Under the pieces are notes generated by a model. The model searched no databases and was not told the origin of the DNA. It saw only the letters and a program-made list of their open reading frames with translations. A stretch of 64,000 nucleotides of DNA, from the IMG/VR virus record IMGVR_UViG_3300033487_000001. The stretch is one strand, 5' to 3'. The stretch comes from an uncultured virus (IMG/VR IMGVR_UViG_3300033487_000001) (Duplodnaviria; Heunggongvirae; Uroviricota; Caudoviricetes). Positions 62,044-64,000 of the stretch are shown piece after piece. Each line of letters begins with the position of its first letter. The first letter of the stretch is position 1. A program made the translations under genes and the position numbers.

Positions 62044-62077
62044 ATCCGCATGGTACCACGCCGCTGCACAAGTGCGC

Positions 62078-62518
62078 CTAAGCCAGGCGCCAAATTGTCT
62101 GCCCATCACGCTTGGTCACATACGCGCCCGCGTTGCGCCAAGCTGCGCAGGCAGCCGGCGAGGTCTCAACGCTACTCTCGACGCAGCCGGCAAGTCTGCG
62201 CAGCTCACGCAGCACGGACGTGTACAGTCCGCGCCCTCGACACGCAGATCTTACGGCCGAGGCAGAGATCACCAGCGCGCGCCACGCGTCGACGATGCGG
62301 AACAAGCCGCTACCGGACGCGGCGACTCCGTCACACGGGCGCGCGGCTCTCCACGTCCACGCGGTGTCGCCGCACGCGGTGATGGTTTGGGCGACGCTGA
62401 GTTCGTACCGAAGGCCGTGCTTGTCGACGACCGGAACACGATCGCAGATGAGATCGAGCGGCGATGGTAGGTGGTCCCACGTGGACAGAACGGAGTGGAC
62501 CCATGCGTCGCTGGGCAT
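62078..62518 (-). CDS. GNAT-like acetyltransferase
   Basis: 'SAVRSACRGRGLYTSVL' (acetyl-CoA motif A-like) and 'SPAACAAWRNAG'. Confidence 0.55.
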   Translation of the reverse strand: MPSDAWVHSVLSTWDHLPSPLDLICDRVPVVDKHGLRYELSVAQTITACGDTAWTWRAARPCDGVAASGSGLFRIVDAWRALVISASAVRSACRGRGLYTSVLRELRRLAGCVESSVETSPAACAAWRNAGAYVTKRDGQTIWRLA

Positions 62519-62519
62519 G

Positions 62520-63191
62520 CTACCTCGTGATCGGATAGTTTTTGATCAGCATGGCAGCGGGCGAGACCGCTGGCGCCAGATCCGGTCGGTCGTTGGCCAC
62601 CCATAGTCCTGCCGCGAGCCCCAGCGGGGTGATACTGCGTGACGGACAGCTGCTAGGCGCGTACAGGATTCGCTTTGTGTCGATCGGCAGCCCGGGAACA
62701 GGATACGGCGCCGGAGGCTTCGCGCCTCCACCGAGCCAGAGGCCTGTTTTTTTGGTGTAAGCGTTTTCTTCTGGATGGCTGATCCATCCCGCGTACTGCC
62801 ACGGATGCACGGACACGTCCGGTTTGCGCCAGATCGTCGACAGGCGACCCATCGGGTTCTCGATCACCCACGGCGCCCCAGAGTCTTGGAACCTAAACAG
62901 CGCCTGCCCTACGAGGTCCAGCGCTTCGGCAAGCGCCCCTTCCCCCTTCGTCTTCCACCACCTTGCGCCCGACGCCGCGAGGTGGGTGCACGGCGGCCAG
63001 CCGATGCAGAACCGCACGTGCTTAGGCATGACGTACTGCCGCACGTCGGCGCGCACGAACCGGATGCGCGGGTGGTCCACCCTGCGCTTATCCTCGGACA
63101 TATCGACGGCCTCGCAGTCGTAGCCGGCCTCTGCCCACGGCAGCAGTCCTACACCCGTCCGATCGTACAAAGCGACGACTGTTGCACGCAT
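62520..63191 (-). CDS. Short C5-cytosine DNA methyltransferase-like protein
   Basis: 'VVALYDRTG', catalytic 'WPPCT', 'IENP', 'YTKKTGLW'. Confidence 0.8.
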   Translation of the reverse strand: MRATVVALYDRTGVGLLPWAEAGYDCEAVDMSEDKRRVDHPRIRFVRADVRQYVMPKHVRFCIGWPPCTHLAASGARWWKTKGEGALAEALDLVGQALFRFQDSGAPWVIENPMGRLSTIWRKPDVSVHPWQYAGWISHPEENAYTKKTGLWLGGGAKPPAPYPVPGLPIDTKRILYAPSSCPSRSITPLGLAAGLWVANDRPDLAPAVSPAAMLIKNYPITR

Positions 63192-63196
63192 GTGTT

Positions 63197-63916
63197 CTAC
63201 CTTAGCACCGGCGCGACGAAGCCATTCAACAGGTACGGTTCTCCGCCCTGCAGCGGCGTGATTCCCCGGGAATGCAGAATCATTAGTTCGTCTATATACT
63301 GACCGTACTTGTCCAGCGCGTTCGCGAGCTGTTTGGGGGACAGGCCTTTGTTCGGGTACGCGTGTCTGCGGTTAAAAGTAGATGCTCCCATCCACTTTGG
63401 CGATCCGTCCCCTTGGACATATCCGAAGAACGTAATCGCCTTGTCACCGCGGTGGATCGACGCGCGCAGGCCCACCAACGCAGCGCCTCGGTCGACGATC
63501 TCTAGCCTGATCAGCCAATCGCCTACAACATCTCTTGCGTTGGAGACGCTGTATACCGTGCCTCCGATCGCCTTGGGGTCATCGGTATCCGACACTCGCA
63601 GGTACGCGTGTCCCGTCGACCGCTTCTGCGGATTGCGCCTGACAGATCCGCCCCCGCCGCCATCCAGCTCGCCCCGCGCCACCAACTCGCGCAGCGGCGC
63701 ATCGCGCACGGTGTACTCGCCCGCGCGCATCTGTTCGCCGAGACGCGTGTAAAACCAGTCGAGCAGCGGCGCGACCGAGTCGATCGCGGCGTCGATCTTG
63801 GCGCGAACCTTGGTCGCGCGCGGCTTGCCGGCGCCCCCGCGCGGAAGCGCGCGCGCCGTGATCATCCGTTTCCAGGTGACGCTGCCGGCCTTCGTGATGC
63901 GCCCCTCCAGCGTCAT
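63197..63916 (-). CDS. Hypothetical protein with an internal RRNP motif
   Basis: 'GGGGGSVRRNPQKRS' linker between two apparent domains. Confidence 0.55.
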   Translation of the reverse strand: MTLEGRITKAGSVTWKRMITARALPRGGAGKPRATKVRAKIDAAIDSVAPLLDWFYTRLGEQMRAGEYTVRDAPLRELVARGELDGGGGGSVRRNPQKRSTGHAYLRVSDTDDPKAIGGTVYSVSNARDVVGDWLIRLEIVDRGAALVGLRASIHRGDKAITFFGYVQGDGSPKWMGASTFNRRHAYPNKGLSPKQLANALDKYGQYIDELMILHSRGITPLQGGEPYLLNGFVAPVLR

Positions 63917-64000
63917 GTAGACGCGTGCCGGCGCGTCGAAGCCGTGGAAGTGACGGTCGACACGCGGGATGAGCCACAGGTTCGAGACCGCGTCGACCCA

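Noticed and set aside
1..64000. Genome-wide UGA reassignment (code 4/25) suggested by the UCA tRNA
   Set aside because: Recognisable genes are intact under code 11, and many end in TGA at the expected C-terminus with ATGA/GTGA overlaps (e.g. SSB ends DDDIPF-TGA)

Overview
High-GC, gene-dense segment of a large dsDNA bacterial virus (or a provirus-like element); no host housekeeping genes, rRNA or CRISPR array were seen. It has four parts. (1) About 0.1-29 kb, mostly minus strand: many small hypothetical genes, a 1172-aa primase/SF2-helicase-like replication protein beside a palindromic AT-rich candidate origin, an amino-DNA methyltransferase, MazG, a Pth2-like peptidyl-tRNA hydrolase, an HD nucleotidase, a SLOG-DEDDh exonuclease, VRR-NUC and an intein-containing SF2 helicase. 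(2) 29-32 kb: a recombination module (PD-(D/E)xK exonuclease, Sak4-like ATPase, SSB). (3) 32-44 kb and 60-64 kb: many small single-TM proteins, membrane-anchored peptidoglycan enzymes and binding proteins, three glycosyltransferases and basic proteins with repeated 'RxNP' motifs, suggesting a lipid-containing virion. (4) 44-60 kb: accessory genes, a tyrosine recombinase, and PAPS-reductase-like, DUF488-like and KGG proteins. The most striking observation is a candidate UGA-sensing translation-control system at 16.2-19.5 kb. An unannotated leader ORF (MISLHL-UGA-IRVRGPPS-UGA) has a CUU-UGA site and an RGPP arrest-like motif whose codons base-pair with the Shine-Dalgarno of the next gene. It heads a co-oriented gene run that encodes a Pth2-like hydrolase, MazG and a short-arm tRNA with a UCA (opal-decoding) anticodon. 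All product calls are from motifs read by eye; no searches were run.
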